Positions 8,974-19,154 of a DNA stretch of 32,000 bases are shown piece by piece. The notes below the pieces were generated by a model. That model saw only the letters and a program-made list of their open reading frames with translations. It was not told the DNA's origin and did not search any database. Position numbers and translations under genes: made by a program. Origin of the DNA: a cyanobacterium endosymbiont of Epithemia clementina EcSB (GTDB lineage Bacteria; Cyanobacteriota; Cyanobacteriia; Cyanobacteriales; Microcystaceae); NCBI RefSeq assembly GCF_029919255.1, contig NZ_CP123991.1, forward strand, positions 1,929,833-1,961,832, read 5' to 3'. The stretch's first letter is position 1, and every line of letters starts with the position of its first letter.

Positions 8974-9816
8974 CTATAGTGATTTTACTTGATAAAAATT
9001 CTGTAGCCAGGGCAATGCTTTATCTAAAGCTTGACTCAAAACATGATGGATATGCCCGTTAGTAGCTAATAATTTCCCTGATTTAAGGATTAACGCACTC
9101 TCATCATAAGCAGAGATTTTTCCTCCTGCTTCTTCTAAAATGACAATCCCTGCGCTAATATCCCAAGGACTTAATCCTTTTTCCCAATACCCATCGAGGC
9201 GGCCACAAGCTACATTGGCTAAGTCAAGGGCAGCTGATCCTGCACGGCGCACTCCTTGAGTAATATGAGTTAAGTAACAAAATTCAGGATAGTTAGTATC
9301 TTGAGTTTCTTGGCGATCATAAGCAAATCCTGTGACTAGTAAACTATTACTTAATTCTGTAGTTTTGGAAACTCGAATAGGACGATAATTAAGAGTAGAT
9401 CCTAATCCTTTAGCAGCTCTAAATAATTCGTTCTTAAAGGGATTATAAATGGCTCCCACTTGGGGAATTCCCTCTATCAATAATCCGACAGATACGGCGT
9501 AGATAGGATAGCCATGGGCATAATTGGTGGTTCCATCAAGGGGATCAATTACCCAAAGATAATTACTTTTAGCTACTCCTAAAAGACCAGATTCTTCAGC
9601 TAAAATTTGATGTTGAGGAACTCGACGACGTAGAACATTTAAGATAGCTAATTCCGCTGTTTTATCAGCTTCGGTAACTAAATCTCCAGGACGACTTTTT
9701 TCCTCAATTTTTTCTAATTTACCCCAAAGATCTTGTAAAATGATTCCAGCAGTCATCACCGCTTCTGTGGCAACATCTAAGAGTATTTCTAATTCGTTTT
9801 GAACTGGTTTGTACAT
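8974..9816 (-). CDS. Inositol monophosphatase family protein (SuhB/HisN-like)
   Basis: IMPase motifs seen: LVTEADK..E, WVIDPLDGTTNYAHG, and GSAALDLANVACGRLDGYWE..LSPWDISAGIVILEEAGG. Confidence 0.9.
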   Translation of the reverse strand: MYKPVQNELEILLDVATEAVMTAGIILQDLWGKLEKIEEKSRPGDLVTEADKTAELAILNVLRRRVPQHQILAEESGLLGVAKSNYLWVIDPLDGTTNYAHGYPIYAVSVGLLIEGIPQVGAIYNPFKNELFRAAKGLGSTLNYRPIRVSKTTELSNSLLVTGFAYDRQETQDTNYPEFCYLTHITQGVRRAGSAALDLANVACGRLDGYWEKGLSPWDISAGIVILEEAGGKISAYDESALILKSGKLLATNGHIHHVLSQALDKALPWLQNFYQVKSL

Positions 9817-9952
9817 GACTGATAGTTAACAATAAACCATTGATAATTCAATAATGGATAAATCTCGTTATAAAACGAAATCTTAAAGCTGGTTTTAAAA
9901 ATATTGATTTCTCTCCAATAATTGAGGATATGATTACATATAATCTATTAAT

Positions 9953-10321
9953 TTAATCATCATCCATAAAAATTTTAAATTTCTTTTTCACCCTCCTAAA
10001 ATGTTGTCCAAATTGAATCTCATAAACTTCATCCTCATTTTGAGTTTCTATTTCTAAGCTAGATCGAGCATAACTAACACACAACAGAGCATAACCTTTG
10101 TCTTTCAATTCTGGAGATAATCCTACAGCTTCAGGTTGATAGACTTCTCCTGATAGAATACGTACAGCACAGGTAGTATAAGCCCCATTTCTACACAAAC
10201 AAGGTAATTGATTACCTTGTTCTTCGACGCTATGAAGAATGTAGTTATTATTGGGAACTTCTAAGGTGTATTCTTTTCCTTCTTGACGATGGTTGATGCG
10301 AACTGTATGATGACGGGTCAT
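9953..10321 (-). CDS. Plant-type 2Fe-2S ferredoxin with C-terminal extension (FdC2/Fed2-like), ligand Cys replaced by Tyr
   Basis: Sequence seen: MTRHHTVRINHRQEGKEYTLEVP..YILHSVEEQGNQLPCLCRNGAYTTCAVRILSGEVYQPEAVGLSPELKDKGYALLCVSY...NEDEVYEIQFGQHF. The track ORF begins at an upstream GTG (10384). ATG 10321 fits the family length better. Confidence 0.8.
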   Translation of the reverse strand: MTRHHTVRINHRQEGKEYTLEVPNNNYILHSVEEQGNQLPCLCRNGAYTTCAVRILSGEVYQPEAVGLSPELKDKGYALLCVSYARSSLEIETQNEDEVYEIQFGQHFRRVKKKFKIFMDDD

Positions 10322-10492
10322 AGTCGAACAAGACAGAGTACTAGTGACAGTTAGAAACAAACTTAGACCTGACGATAACCCCACTCTTCTCCTATGGTAG
10401 ACTTTTTTGCTTTTCTCGTAAATAGTTAAGTTATTAAAACATTAATATAAATCGAGTCTCTGATTATTTATCAGGTTAATCAATGTTCACTC

Positions 10493-11317
10493 TTAAGAAT
10501 TCAACTTTTTTTGTATCGCCATAGCCAATTGAACATGAAGCTTATGACTTGCTTTGTAGGCTAAAAAATGTCCTTGAGGAATAGTTCCTAATAAACTTAA
10601 ATCCCCAATTAAATCTAATAATTTATGACGGGCAGGTTCATTCTCAAATCTCAAAGGGAGATTTAACCATTTTTCGTGATCACAGACCAAGGCATTTTCT
10701 AAACTCCCTCCCTGAATTAAACCTGCCTTTTGTAGTTTTTCAATTTGATCAGCAAAACCGAAAGTTCTAGCAGGGGCGATTGCCTTTTCAAAAGATTCTA
10801 TACTAGGGTTCCAACTATACCATTGATTGCCAATAGGAGAGTAAGGAAAATCAATTCCATAGGTGAAACGAGTCTCAGACGCAGGTAAAACAGCCACAAA
10901 AGCATCTCCATCCCTAATCCAAATCGGTTCTAATAAAGGAGAACCTGCGGACAATGAAGAAGGACTAACACCTCCTTGAATCATCGCTTTAAACCATTCT
11001 TGAGCAGAGCCATCCAACAATGGGACTTCTGGCCCATCAATTTCAATACGGGCATCTTTGACCCCAATGGCGATTAACGTGGATAGAAGATGTTCAACCG
11101 TACGAATGGCTACCTTTCCTTGACCTAATTCTGTTGATAAAGTCGTCTGACTAACTGAAGCTACCTCAGCACGAATTATAGGATTTTCTGGTAAATCTAC
11201 CCTCACAAAATAGCGACCTTCTCCCGATTGTGCAGGTAAAATACTTACCTGAGTTTTCACTCCAGAATGTAACCCAACTCCCGATACTGTAATAACTTCT
11301 TTAACCGTAGAACTCAT
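10493..11317 (-). CDS. lpxC: UDP-3-O-acyl-N-acetylglucosamine deacetylase LpxC
   Basis: Motifs seen: [54 protein letters not shown]...[12 protein letters not shown], and [14 protein letters not shown]. The track start is TTG 11338. ATG 11317 is preceded by GAGG. Confidence 0.93.
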   Translation of the reverse strand: MSSTVKEVITVSGVGLHSGVKTQVSILPAQSGEGRYFVRVDLPENPIIRAEVASVSQTTLSTELGQGKVAIRTVEHLLSTLIAIGVKDARIEIDGPEVPLLDGSAQEWFKAMIQGGVSPSSLSAGSPLLEPIWIRDGDAFVAVLPASETRFTYGIDFPYSPIGNQWYSWNPSIESFEKAIAPARTFGFADQIEKLQKAGLIQGGSLENALVCDHEKWLNLPLRFENEPARHKLLDLIGDLSLLGTIPQGHFLAYKASHKLHVQLAMAIQKKLNS

Positions 11318-11350
11318 AATTACCCTCACCACTATCAAGGTATAAAGAAC

Positions 11351-11382
11351 AGGCCATCCTAAAAATAGGCCATCCTAAAATT
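11351..11382. repeat. Tandem 16-bp duplication just upstream of lpxC
   Basis: AGGCCATCCTAAAAAT (11351-11366) is followed directly by AGGCCATCCTAAAATT (11367-11382), a 15/16 match. The pair lies 34-65 nt upstream of the lpxC ATG on the minus strand. Confidence 0.8.
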
Positions 11383-12164
11383 CTTGTTTGTTCAAATCTC
11401 TCACTTAGTTCATATCTAATTCTAATACCTCAGCTACTTGTGAGACCGTTAATCCTGATGTGAGTAAACACGGAGAATAGAAGCTGTCTTAACGGCTAAT
11501 TCTTTTTCTCATAGTCCTTCTTCATGGACATCTTGAAAGCATGGAGTTTATTTCAATACATCCACACTAGAAATGGCATACCCTCTATCTCCTAACAAGT
11601 CAAACAGGGTAATTTCTAAAAAAGAATCTTTCTATTAATGGAAAAAGCAGTTGAGGTTACTTGAGTTTTTCTTGAACTATTTGAATAAATAAGCCTGTCA
11701 TTCATTCTTAATTCATGTTTTTTTGAATTATAATTAATCGTAGTGTAGCTAACTAAATATAAAAAAGTTGCTCTATATATTCTAATCTATTTAAATAGAT
11801 ACGAGTAATTATTCGAGATTTTAACCAGTTCTTATATCGTTTAATTGTGTTTATATATTTGATTTTTAGAAGAGATTATATTCTCTTGCTAATAATTATT
11901 TATATTAGATTTACTTTAGTGAAAAAATGACGAAGTATCAACCGTTTATAAAATAAATTGTTAGTTTTTAATCGGAATTTACATAAATAAATTGGAAGAG
12001 TTTTATTAGACATTCTGAAGAAGAAAAACTCTATAAATCCGAAAAGCAAGTTGTTTAACTTTCACCGAATAAAGGCGACGATTTTGTCCTCTAATTAAAG
12101 TAATTGGAAGCAATTCAAAAAAATAGAGGGACAAATAAGAAAAAGAATAAAATCTAGTTTTTCA

Positions 12165-14549
12165 TTAAAACCTCTCCCCAATACCAAAGTGAAGGCGGGA
12201 ATCTCCCTCATTATTAACCCCATAGTCAACTCGAATTGGTCCAACTGGCGATTGAATGCGAACACCAAGGCCGTAACCATAACCATCACTAGGCAATCCT
12301 CGAATTGTACCTGGAAAGCCTCTTACTGAGCGTTGAGACTTAATCGTTGTCCCATAGTCAATAAAGAGAGCTGCCCCGACTGCTGGAATGACAGGAAAGC
12401 GGTATTCTGCTGTTGCTTGGAAATAACTACGTCCATTTCCTAATTCTCCTTCATCGTAACCACGTACTGAGTTACTTCCCCCAATGACAAAGGCTTCATA
12501 AGGAGGCAAATCCTCGAAAACTGTTCCTGCTTGGAAATTAAAGGCCAATGCTTGAGGTTTTGGTTGATCTTCCTCAATAAAACCTAAATCAATAAAATCT
12601 ACAGGGATATAGTGACTATAGCTTCCTCGTAATCTTGTAAAGAAAATACTGCCTGAACCTACGGGTATAGTTTGTTCAACTCCCAAGCGCAGAAGATGAC
12701 CGCTCGTAGGACGTAAAGGATTATTACGAAAGTCTTGAGAAACTCCAAAACTGATAGTAAACAGGTCATCCTTTCCCTCATCACTAAAGGCCAAGGGTTG
12801 AGAGGGAAAACCATTGAGAGGGGCTGACCAAGGCGCAATATCACCATCCCCATTTTCCACTTGAATCCGTTGATAGTTGAAACCTAGGGAGGTTCGCCAA
12901 TCGGGTACACTGAAGGGGTTGTCCGCCAAAGGCCGCACAAAAGTTACCCCACCCCCAGTGCGAACCACCCGTGGACTATCAAAGTCGTTGAGGGTTCTAA
13001 TTGAAGAATCATCTCCATCAAAGACTAGAGAAATAGTCCGTCTACGAAATCCATTAACCGTATAAGCAGTACGAAAAGGATCACCGGCAATCCAGGGATC
13101 GGTAAAATTGACATCGAAGAGTAGTTCCCGTTCTCCAATTTGAACCTCACCCCCGATAGTTTGGTTATTTCCTCCTAGGTTTTGCTCTTGATAACTGACT
13201 GTTCCAAACAGTCCGCTAGTGGAACTAATCCCAGCTCCCGCAGCCAGAGAGCCGGTATTTCCTTCTACCACATCAATATTAACAATAACCTCTCGTGGAT
13301 CTTCCCCAGGACTAAAAGAAATTCTGACATCTTCAAACAACCCTAAACTAAAGACTCTTTGCAAATCAGTTTGAGCGATTCTGCGGTTAAAAACATTCCC
13401 TGGTTCAAGTTGCATCTCACGAGTCACAATAAAAGGGCGTGTTCGACCATTAATGGGTTCATCTTCTGCGTCGAAAAATCTCACTTGTACGTCTTGAATT
13501 ATCCCTTCAGATACCACTAGGGTTACAATTCCATCATCCCCAACTTTAGGAGAACCAATAACCTGGGCTAGATCATAGCCCTGTTTGGAATACCATTCAT
13601 TAAGTTTTTGGATGCCGTTTTGTAATTCTCGTAGGTTAAGAATTGTCCCATACTGAGGCTTAAAAATATCCTCAGCAATTTCGGGCGGTAATGCTCGAGC
13701 TTCCTCATCTGTGCCTGTGTCTACGACGACTTCACTCAGAGTTGGGTTAGGTTGCAAATCGAAGGTAACGCGTACCCCTAAAGGTGTATCGACAGGGGTA
13801 ACTTTAACATTGGAAAAGAATCCGGTGGCATAAATTACATTAACATCTTCTTGCAGCTGGGAGCGAGTGGCTGTTCGTCCTGGAGTAGTTTGAATAGTGT
13901 TATAAACTAGATTTCCTAGGTCCTCATCAACGCCACTAACTAAAACTTCTACCACTAAAACTCTGGGTTCTTCCCCCGATATTTCTTCAATTAAAGGACT
14001 ATCTGACGAGGACGGTTTAATAGGAGTTGGTATTTCCTCTGAAGTTGGTAATTTTTCTGTTTCTGGTAACTCTATCTCAGATACTTCAATTTGCCCTTGA
14101 GTATCCGTTGAAGAAGTTAAATCTGCCGCAATCACCTTTTTCAACTTGGAAACCAAGGGAGTTCCCTGTTCTAAGGCTGATGAAATCTGAAAGTCTAAAT
14201 CTTCTGAGGTTACAGGTATTATTAATACCGGAGTTTCCTGGGAAACAGCTAAATAATTAGCCTTTAAATCTGTCAGAAAGGTTACATCAGTTTCTGTCAC
14301 GTCTTCTAATATAGAAACCGACGTAGGTGCTAGTGCAGCTTCCCCCAGCATGATGGACTGTAAGTCCATCATGTTCACCATAGTCTCTGGATTCTCCTCT
14401 CCAATAGTTGTTTCAGTTAAAGGGACTATAGTCTCTCCCCTAATAGACTGGGCTAAGTTTAACACAGTGGCAGTCACGAAAGGGACTACCACTATAGGAG
14501 ATAACCGTAATTTTTTAATCTCGTTTGACACTTCCACACACCCAATCAA
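12165..14549 (-). CDS. bamA: Outer-membrane protein assembly factor BamA / Omp85 family
   Basis: 794 aa with a signal-like N-terminus (KKLRLSPIVVVPFVTATVLNLAQS), a Pro/Glu/Ser-rich linker, POTRA-like repeats (RVLVVEVLVSGV.., ..IIQDVQVRF) and a C-terminal beta-barrel ending ..RLHFGIGERF. The start codon is uncertain (TTG 14549 or a nearby GTG). Confidence 0.9.
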   Translation of the reverse strand: MIGCVEVSNEIKKLRLSPIVVVPFVTATVLNLAQSIRGETIVPLTETTIGEENPETMVNMMDLQSIMLGEAALAPTSVSILEDVTETDVTFLTDLKANYLAVSQETPVLIIPVTSEDLDFQISSALEQGTPLVSKLKKVIAADLTSSTDTQGQIEVSEIELPETEKLPTSEEIPTPIKPSSSDSPLIEEISGEEPRVLVVEVLVSGVDEDLGNLVYNTIQTTPGRTATRSQLQEDVNVIYATGFFSNVKVTPVDTPLGVRVTFDLQPNPTLSEVVVDTGTDEEARALPPEIAEDIFKPQYGTILNLRELQNGIQKLNEWYSKQGYDLAQVIGSPKVGDDGIVTLVVSEGIIQDVQVRFFDAEDEPINGRTRPFIVTREMQLEPGNVFNRRIAQTDLQRVFSLGLFEDVRISFSPGEDPREVIVNIDVVEGNTGSLAAGAGISSTSGLFGTVSYQEQNLGGNNQTIGGEVQIGERELLFDVNFTDPWIAGDPFRTAYTVNGFRRRTISLVFDGDDSSIRTLNDFDSPRVVRTGGGVTFVRPLADNPFSVPDWRTSLGFNYQRIQVENGDGDIAPWSAPLNGFPSQPLAFSDEGKDDLFTISFGVSQDFRNNPLRPTSGHLLRLGVEQTIPVGSGSIFFTRLRGSYSHYIPVDFIDLGFIEEDQPKPQALAFNFQAGTVFEDLPPYEAFVIGGSNSVRGYDEGELGNGRSYFQATAEYRFPVIPAVGAALFIDYGTTIKSQRSVRGFPGTIRGLPSDGYGYGLGVRIQSPVGPIRVDYGVNNEGDSRLHFGIGERF

Positions 14550-14681
14550 GCTACAGCGTTGTTTATTGTATTTATATTTTTGTTATTGACTCATAATAGC
14601 TGACAGAGTGCCTAAGCAACCGAGCTAAATTATCGAATCTAGTGACCAGAGCTACTGGCAAAGGTTCCAATGTCAGGGACA

Positions 14682-15407
14682 TTATCTGATACCTAATTTT
14701 TCTAAAACCCTTTGTTGAACTTGCTGATAGGCTGCTTCCACTTTTCCTAAGTCGTGCCGAAATCGATCTTTATCCAAAACTCTATCTCGGAGATTTTTTG
14801 TTTGTTGATCCCACAATCGACAGGTATCAGGACTGATTTCATCAGCTAGGAGGAGGTTTCCTTGAGAATCTAACCCAAATTCTAATTTGAAATCTACTAA
14901 GGTAATCTGGCAACTAGCAAAAAACTCTGTCAAATATTGATTGATTTTTAAGGCTATAGACTGAAGTTGTTCAAGTTGTTTTTGGGAAGCTAATTCCAGG
15001 AGCAGTAGGCGATCGCGGGTCAATAATGGATCTCCAAGTTCATCGTTTTTTAAATAAAATTCCACCAGAGGAAAGGATAAAATTTTACCTTCGATTAGGC
15101 CTGTTTGTCGGCAGAGACTTCCCGCAGCAATATTTCTAACAACTACTTCAATCGGGACAATTTTGACCGCACGGACGCGCATTTCACGATGAGCAGGCTG
15201 ATCAATAAAATGGGTAGCAATATTCTTAGATTCTAGCCATTTGAATAAAGCTGAAGAAATTTGACAGTTTATTTCTCCTTTTCCCGGTATTATTCCTCGT
15301 TTCGAGGAATTAAAAGCCGTTACATCATCTTTAAATTGAGTAAGAAGAATTTCGGGATCGCTGGTAGTATAAATAATCTTAGCTTTTCCTTCATAGAGCT
15401 TTTTCAT
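14682..15407 (-). CDS. purC: Phosphoribosylaminoimidazole-succinocarboxamide synthase PurC
   Basis: Sequence seen: MKKLYEGKAKIIY.T.DP..L...FKDDVTAFN..K...IPGKG.IN..IS..LF..L....I.THFI ... LADEISPDTCRLWD. The 241-aa length fits. Confidence 0.95.
   Translation of the reverse strand: MKKLYEGKAKIIYTTSDPEILLTQFKDDVTAFNSSKRGIIPGKGEINCQISSALFKWLESKNIATHFIDQPAHREMRVRAVKIVPIEVVVRNIAAGSLCRQTGLIEGKILSFPLVEFYLKNDELGDPLLTRDRLLLLELASQKQLEQLQSIALKINQYLTEFFASCQITLVDFKLEFGLDSQGNLLLADEISPDTCRLWDQQTKNLRDRVLDKDRFRHDLGKVEAAYQQVQQRVLEKLGIR
15009..15016. repeat. HIP1 octamer GCGATCGC (inside purC)
   Basis: Exact GCGATCGC. This palindrome is highly iterated in many cyanobacterial genomes. Confidence 0.9.
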
Positions 15408-16199
15408 TCGTTGTTTATCCTTATTAGTAGTTGGTTAGTCGTTTTTTGCTATAGTATTTCAGTGTAAAGATTTCTCTTAATTCTGACTCAATACAGTTTA
15501 TTTAAGTTTTAATCAACGGTAGTTTTTTTGCGTATCACCTGTTGCCAACTTTAATAACAGTTTCGCCATGGATGAAAGACTATGGCTCTTTATTCTTAGA
15601 AAATGGGCGTAGACAAACACATTAGAGTCTACCTCACAAGAGTTATAAACGCTACACTTTAGCTCAGAAACGTTAAAGGTAAACTCGATCATTGAGTCAA
15701 CCATAGAAAGACAAGCAGCCAATATCTTCAAATATACTCAAATTTCTTGATTTTTTTCAACTTCAGTAGTCCTAGAAACTAGGTTATATAAACCAGTTGT
15801 AGATAAAAAAAATTCTATATCTTTATCAATTAAAACTAACAATGCTACCACCGTTTTAAAACAAATAAAAATCAACAAAATCCATAACAATAAATTATAA
15901 AAAATTACGCCTGAATACTAACAGATATTGAAACCTTAACTAATAGTTATCTCGAAGTTCCTATCGAGAAAATTTATCCCAGATCACTTGGTTTTTAATG
16001 CTAATCCGCGATAATTTGCTAAACAGGTTAGCTATAGTCTTCGAATTGAAAAACACCAGTCAAATTTACCCATAAAAAGCTTTTCATTAGATAAAGACCT
16101 TTGGAAATAACTTAAATATGGTAAAGAAAATATAGTAAAAAAAATAAAATTGTGGACTTCTATTCAGAATAGAGATAATCCAGAGGGTCATAGTGATAA

Positions 16200-16216
16200 G
16201 GTGGGCATTGCCCACC
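16200..16216 (-). terminator. GC-rich hairpin 17 nt downstream of the ndhB stop
   Basis: GGTGGGCA-T-TGCCCACC has 8-nt complementary arms. On the minus strand it is followed by TTATCACT, with no long U-tract, so terminator function is tentative. Confidence 0.4.
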
Positions 16217-16233
16217 CCACCTGCTACAGGCAA

Positions 16234-17799
16234 TTATTGGTGAGTTAAATTTGGTGTAGTTTCAAGTTGAGAGATTTGGTTATGGACAATGGCCGATTGT
16301 AAAATCGGGGTACTAGTTACCGAATTATCAACCAACGTTAACAAAGGATTCGCTAAAATTCCAGCCAAAGAAGTGACAATCACACTTAAAACTAACCCCA
16401 CTTGTAGGGGACGCATCCCCGATAAATTCCAGCAAATTTTGGGATAATTTTTTACGGCATCGGACATTTCTTGAGGTTCTTTTACTACCATCATTTTCAC
16501 TACGCGAATGTAGTAATAGATGGAAATTACACTGGCGACTAAAGCGAGGATAACTAACCCATAAAGTTCTGCTTGCCAACCTGCCCAAAAAATGTAAATT
16601 TTTCCAAAAAAGCCAGCTAACGGAGGAATTCCACCTAAGGAGAGTAAACAAATACTTAACCCTAAAGTGAGTAAGGGATCTTTTTGATAAAGCCCGGCAT
16701 ATTCGCTGATTTTATCAGTTCCAGTTCGTAGGGAAAAGAGGATAACTCCTGTAAATGCCCCCAAGTTCATGAATAGATAGACTAGCAAATAAAAGACCAT
16801 GCTAGAGTATCCTTTATCAGTACCTGAGACTAAGCCAATCATGACAAAACCGGCTTGGCCAATGGAAGAATAGGCTAACATCCGCTTCATACTGGTTTGG
16901 GTTAAAGCTACCATATTTCCCAATAACATACTGAGGATAGCTAAAGCGGTAAAGATAAAATGCCATTGTTCTTCAACCACAGTAAAAGTAGTCACTAACA
17001 GACGAATCGCAAGGGCAAATCCTGCGGTCTTAGAACCCACAGAAAGAAAGGCAACAACGGGAGTAGGAGAACCTTCATAAACATCAGGAGTCCATTGATG
17101 AAAAGGAACCGCAGAAATTTTAAAGGCAATTCCGGCAATGACAAAGACTAAGGCAATGATTATCCCTAAAGACTGTTCTCCACCGACATTGGTAATGTTA
17201 GCAGCGATCGCATTGAGGATAGTTTCTCCCCCGGATAAACCATAGAGAAGAGAAACCCCATATAGAAAAATAGCTGAACTAGAAGCCCCAATTAAAAGAT
17301 ATTTCAAAGCTGCTTCATTGGAACGAGGGTCCCGTTTCATGTACCCTGTCATTAGGTAAGAGGAGATACTTAACATTTCTAGGGAAATAAAAATCATCAC
17401 CAACTCATTCGCCCCACATAAGAACATTCCTCCTACGGTAGCCGTTAACATGATGGCGATAAATTCAGCCAAAGATGTCCTTGTTTGTTCGACGTAACGA
17501 ACTGACATCAAAACAGTCACTAAAGTAGACAGGGCAATAATAGCCCGAAAAACAATACTGAGGTTATCTCCGTTGAATGACCCAAAGAAACCGATGGGAG
17601 TAGCAGTATCCCAAGCAAAACAAAGGGCGACAAGCGAAGCAAATAACCCAACCATGGCAGCATATGGTAGCCATGTTCTCGAACTACGACCAAAAATGAG
17701 GTCTCCTACTAAAATAAAGAGGAGAGTAATGATAACAATTCCTTCTGGCAGAATTGTTTCGGCATTCAGTTGACTGGCAATGTTACTAGAAAAATCCAT
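16234..17799 (-). CDS. ndhB: NAD(P)H-quinone oxidoreductase (NDH-1) subunit 2, NdhB
   Basis: It starts with the typical cyanobacterial NdhB sequence [23 protein letters not shown] at ATG 17799; the track starts at an upstream GTG 17823. It is a polytopic antiporter-like membrane protein with ..[32 protein letters not shown]. Confidence 0.95.
   Translation of the reverse strand: MDFSSNIASQLNAETILPEGIVIITLLFILVGDLIFGRSSRTWLPYAAMVGLFASLVALCFAWDTATPIGFFGSFNGDNLSIVFRAIIALSTLVTVLMSVRYVEQTRTSLAEFIAIMLTATVGGMFLCGANELVMIFISLEMLSISSYLMTGYMKRDPRSNEAALKYLLIGASSSAIFLYGVSLLYGLSGGETILNAIAANITNVGGEQSLGIIIALVFVIAGIAFKISAVPFHQWTPDVYEGSPTPVVAFLSVGSKTAGFALAIRLLVTTFTVVEEQWHFIFTALAILSMLLGNMVALTQTSMKRMLAYSSIGQAGFVMIGLVSGTDKGYSSMVFYLLVYLFMNLGAFTGVILFSLRTGTDKISEYAGLYQKDPLLTLGLSICLLSLGGIPPLAGFFGKIYIFWAGWQAELYGLVILALVASVISIYYYIRVVKMMVVKEPQEMSDAVKNYPKICWNLSGMRPLQVGLVLSVIVTSLAGILANPLLTLVDNSVTSTPILQSAIVHNQISQLETTPNLTHQ
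17204..17211. repeat. HIP1 octamer GCGATCGC (inside ndhB)
   Basis: Exact GCGATCGC. Confidence 0.9.
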
Positions 17800-18471
17800 A
17801 GAGTTATGGTAAGAAAAAAACACCTAAGAGTTAAGCTTAAGGAATTATCCGGCTATTTGCTCCGGCTTCATTCCTTTGGATCATAATGGACAGAGGGAAT
17901 TTCGGGCTAGTCTTTAAGGTTGCGTTCACCTTCATCAGTGCGCCTTTAGAGATCGCACTTTTGAGGAAATCTTGAATTGATGCGCTATTATTTCTGATTT
18001 TTTATCAAACATTTTACAATTTTACTCTCTTAGATCGAGGGTAATATAGTTAATGAAGAAAATGTCAGATTAATAGAACTCTTCTTCTAAGATTATCAAA
18101 GTTAGTTTAGCTATAAACTTGTCTTCTAATTAACTTAATCTTCTGATTTATATTTCCTAGTATCCATTGGGAGAGTAAATTTTTAAAATAAGCTACAATC
18201 TCATCAATTGCTCTACATTATTGTTTAAATAACTCTTAAGACAATATTAAAGATTATTTAATATATATTTCTTATATTTATTGAATATTTTATCGCTCGA
18301 TATCTTGATATAAATACATCTATCTTTTTCCATTTTGGATCTATCTTATTTGTTAGATTTTTTAGTTTTTTTTAAAAAAAAGTTTAGCATTAGTTATACC
18401 TGTATTTTTTATATCTTTTTTTTCTGTATCTAAGTATTATCACCATTCTTAATCAAAATTTATTTATCCAT

Positions 18472-18513
18472 ATTAAGTACTTCATTGCTATATATAGCAA
18501 TGAAGTACTTAAT
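18472..18513. repeat. Perfect 42-bp palindrome (21-bp arms, no spacer)
   Basis: ATTAAGTACTTCATTGCTATA|TATAGCAATGAAGTACTTAAT. I checked it base by base. Confidence 0.95.
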
Positions 18514-18818
18514 TAATGTTCTGTTCGAGTACATAAATAATTTCATATTAATTCTGTCTGGCTTAATACTTTTGAGGTCATGCTGTACAAATATATTGCT
18601 TATTTTTACCAATTTAGATAGTAAAAATATTTTTTCTTTATTCATAAAGTGGAATACTTGATGTATTAATGTACGAGAAACAATCTAGACTTACATTGAT
18701 TTTTTTATTATTAAACTACACCTAATCTAGGGAACCAATAACTTTTTTAAGAAAAAAGTGCTCTATGCTATTAATATTTTAAAACTTCTAATTTTTAAGA
18801 TAATCTTAAAGTCATGAC

Positions 18819-18994
18819 TCTTCTAGACTAGAAGTCTTGCTTGGCAAAGTTTCCAAGATACTAAAAACTTGATTCTTATATAAAGGAGAGTTTTTAATTA
18901 AGTTTTCAGAGTTATAGAACACCGTAAAAATAGGAGTTTGGGAGTTTATTCTCTACTTATTTTTTATACTCAGTCTAGAATAGCCATAATCATT
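18819..18994 (+). repeat. Copy 1 of a diverged ~180-bp direct repeat flanking mnmA
   Basis: It shares collinear blocks with 20525..20720: TCTTCTAGACT; TTGCTTgGcAAAGTTTCCAAGAT.AC.AAAACTT.ATT (about 33/41 identical, including a 14-mer); GAGTTT / GGAGTTT; and CTAGA.TA.GCCAT.AT. The spacing between blocks is similar in the two copies (134 vs 124 nt). Confidence 0.6.
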
Positions 18995-19154
18995 ATAATT
19001 AATACTCTTCTGATACAGACTTCGTCTCTAGTACTTAATGTTAAACATTCACTCTTAAGCTAGATTTATCGAATAACAATCAAAGTTCATAAGCCAACAG
19101 TCATAGGTGATGAGTTATCCTAAATAAAGTAAGGTTACGAGAAACAAAAGTGTA

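Noticed and set aside
15513-15731. 72-aa minus-strand ORF between purC and ndhB.
   Set aside because: I recognised no family, found no SD, and saw mixed composition. It could be a fragment of a dead gene, but I cannot support a call.
18460-18645. 61-aa minus-strand ORF.
   Set aside because: It is very AT-rich and Lys/Asn/Ile-dominated, and it reads straight through the 42-bp perfect palindrome. No motif was recognised.
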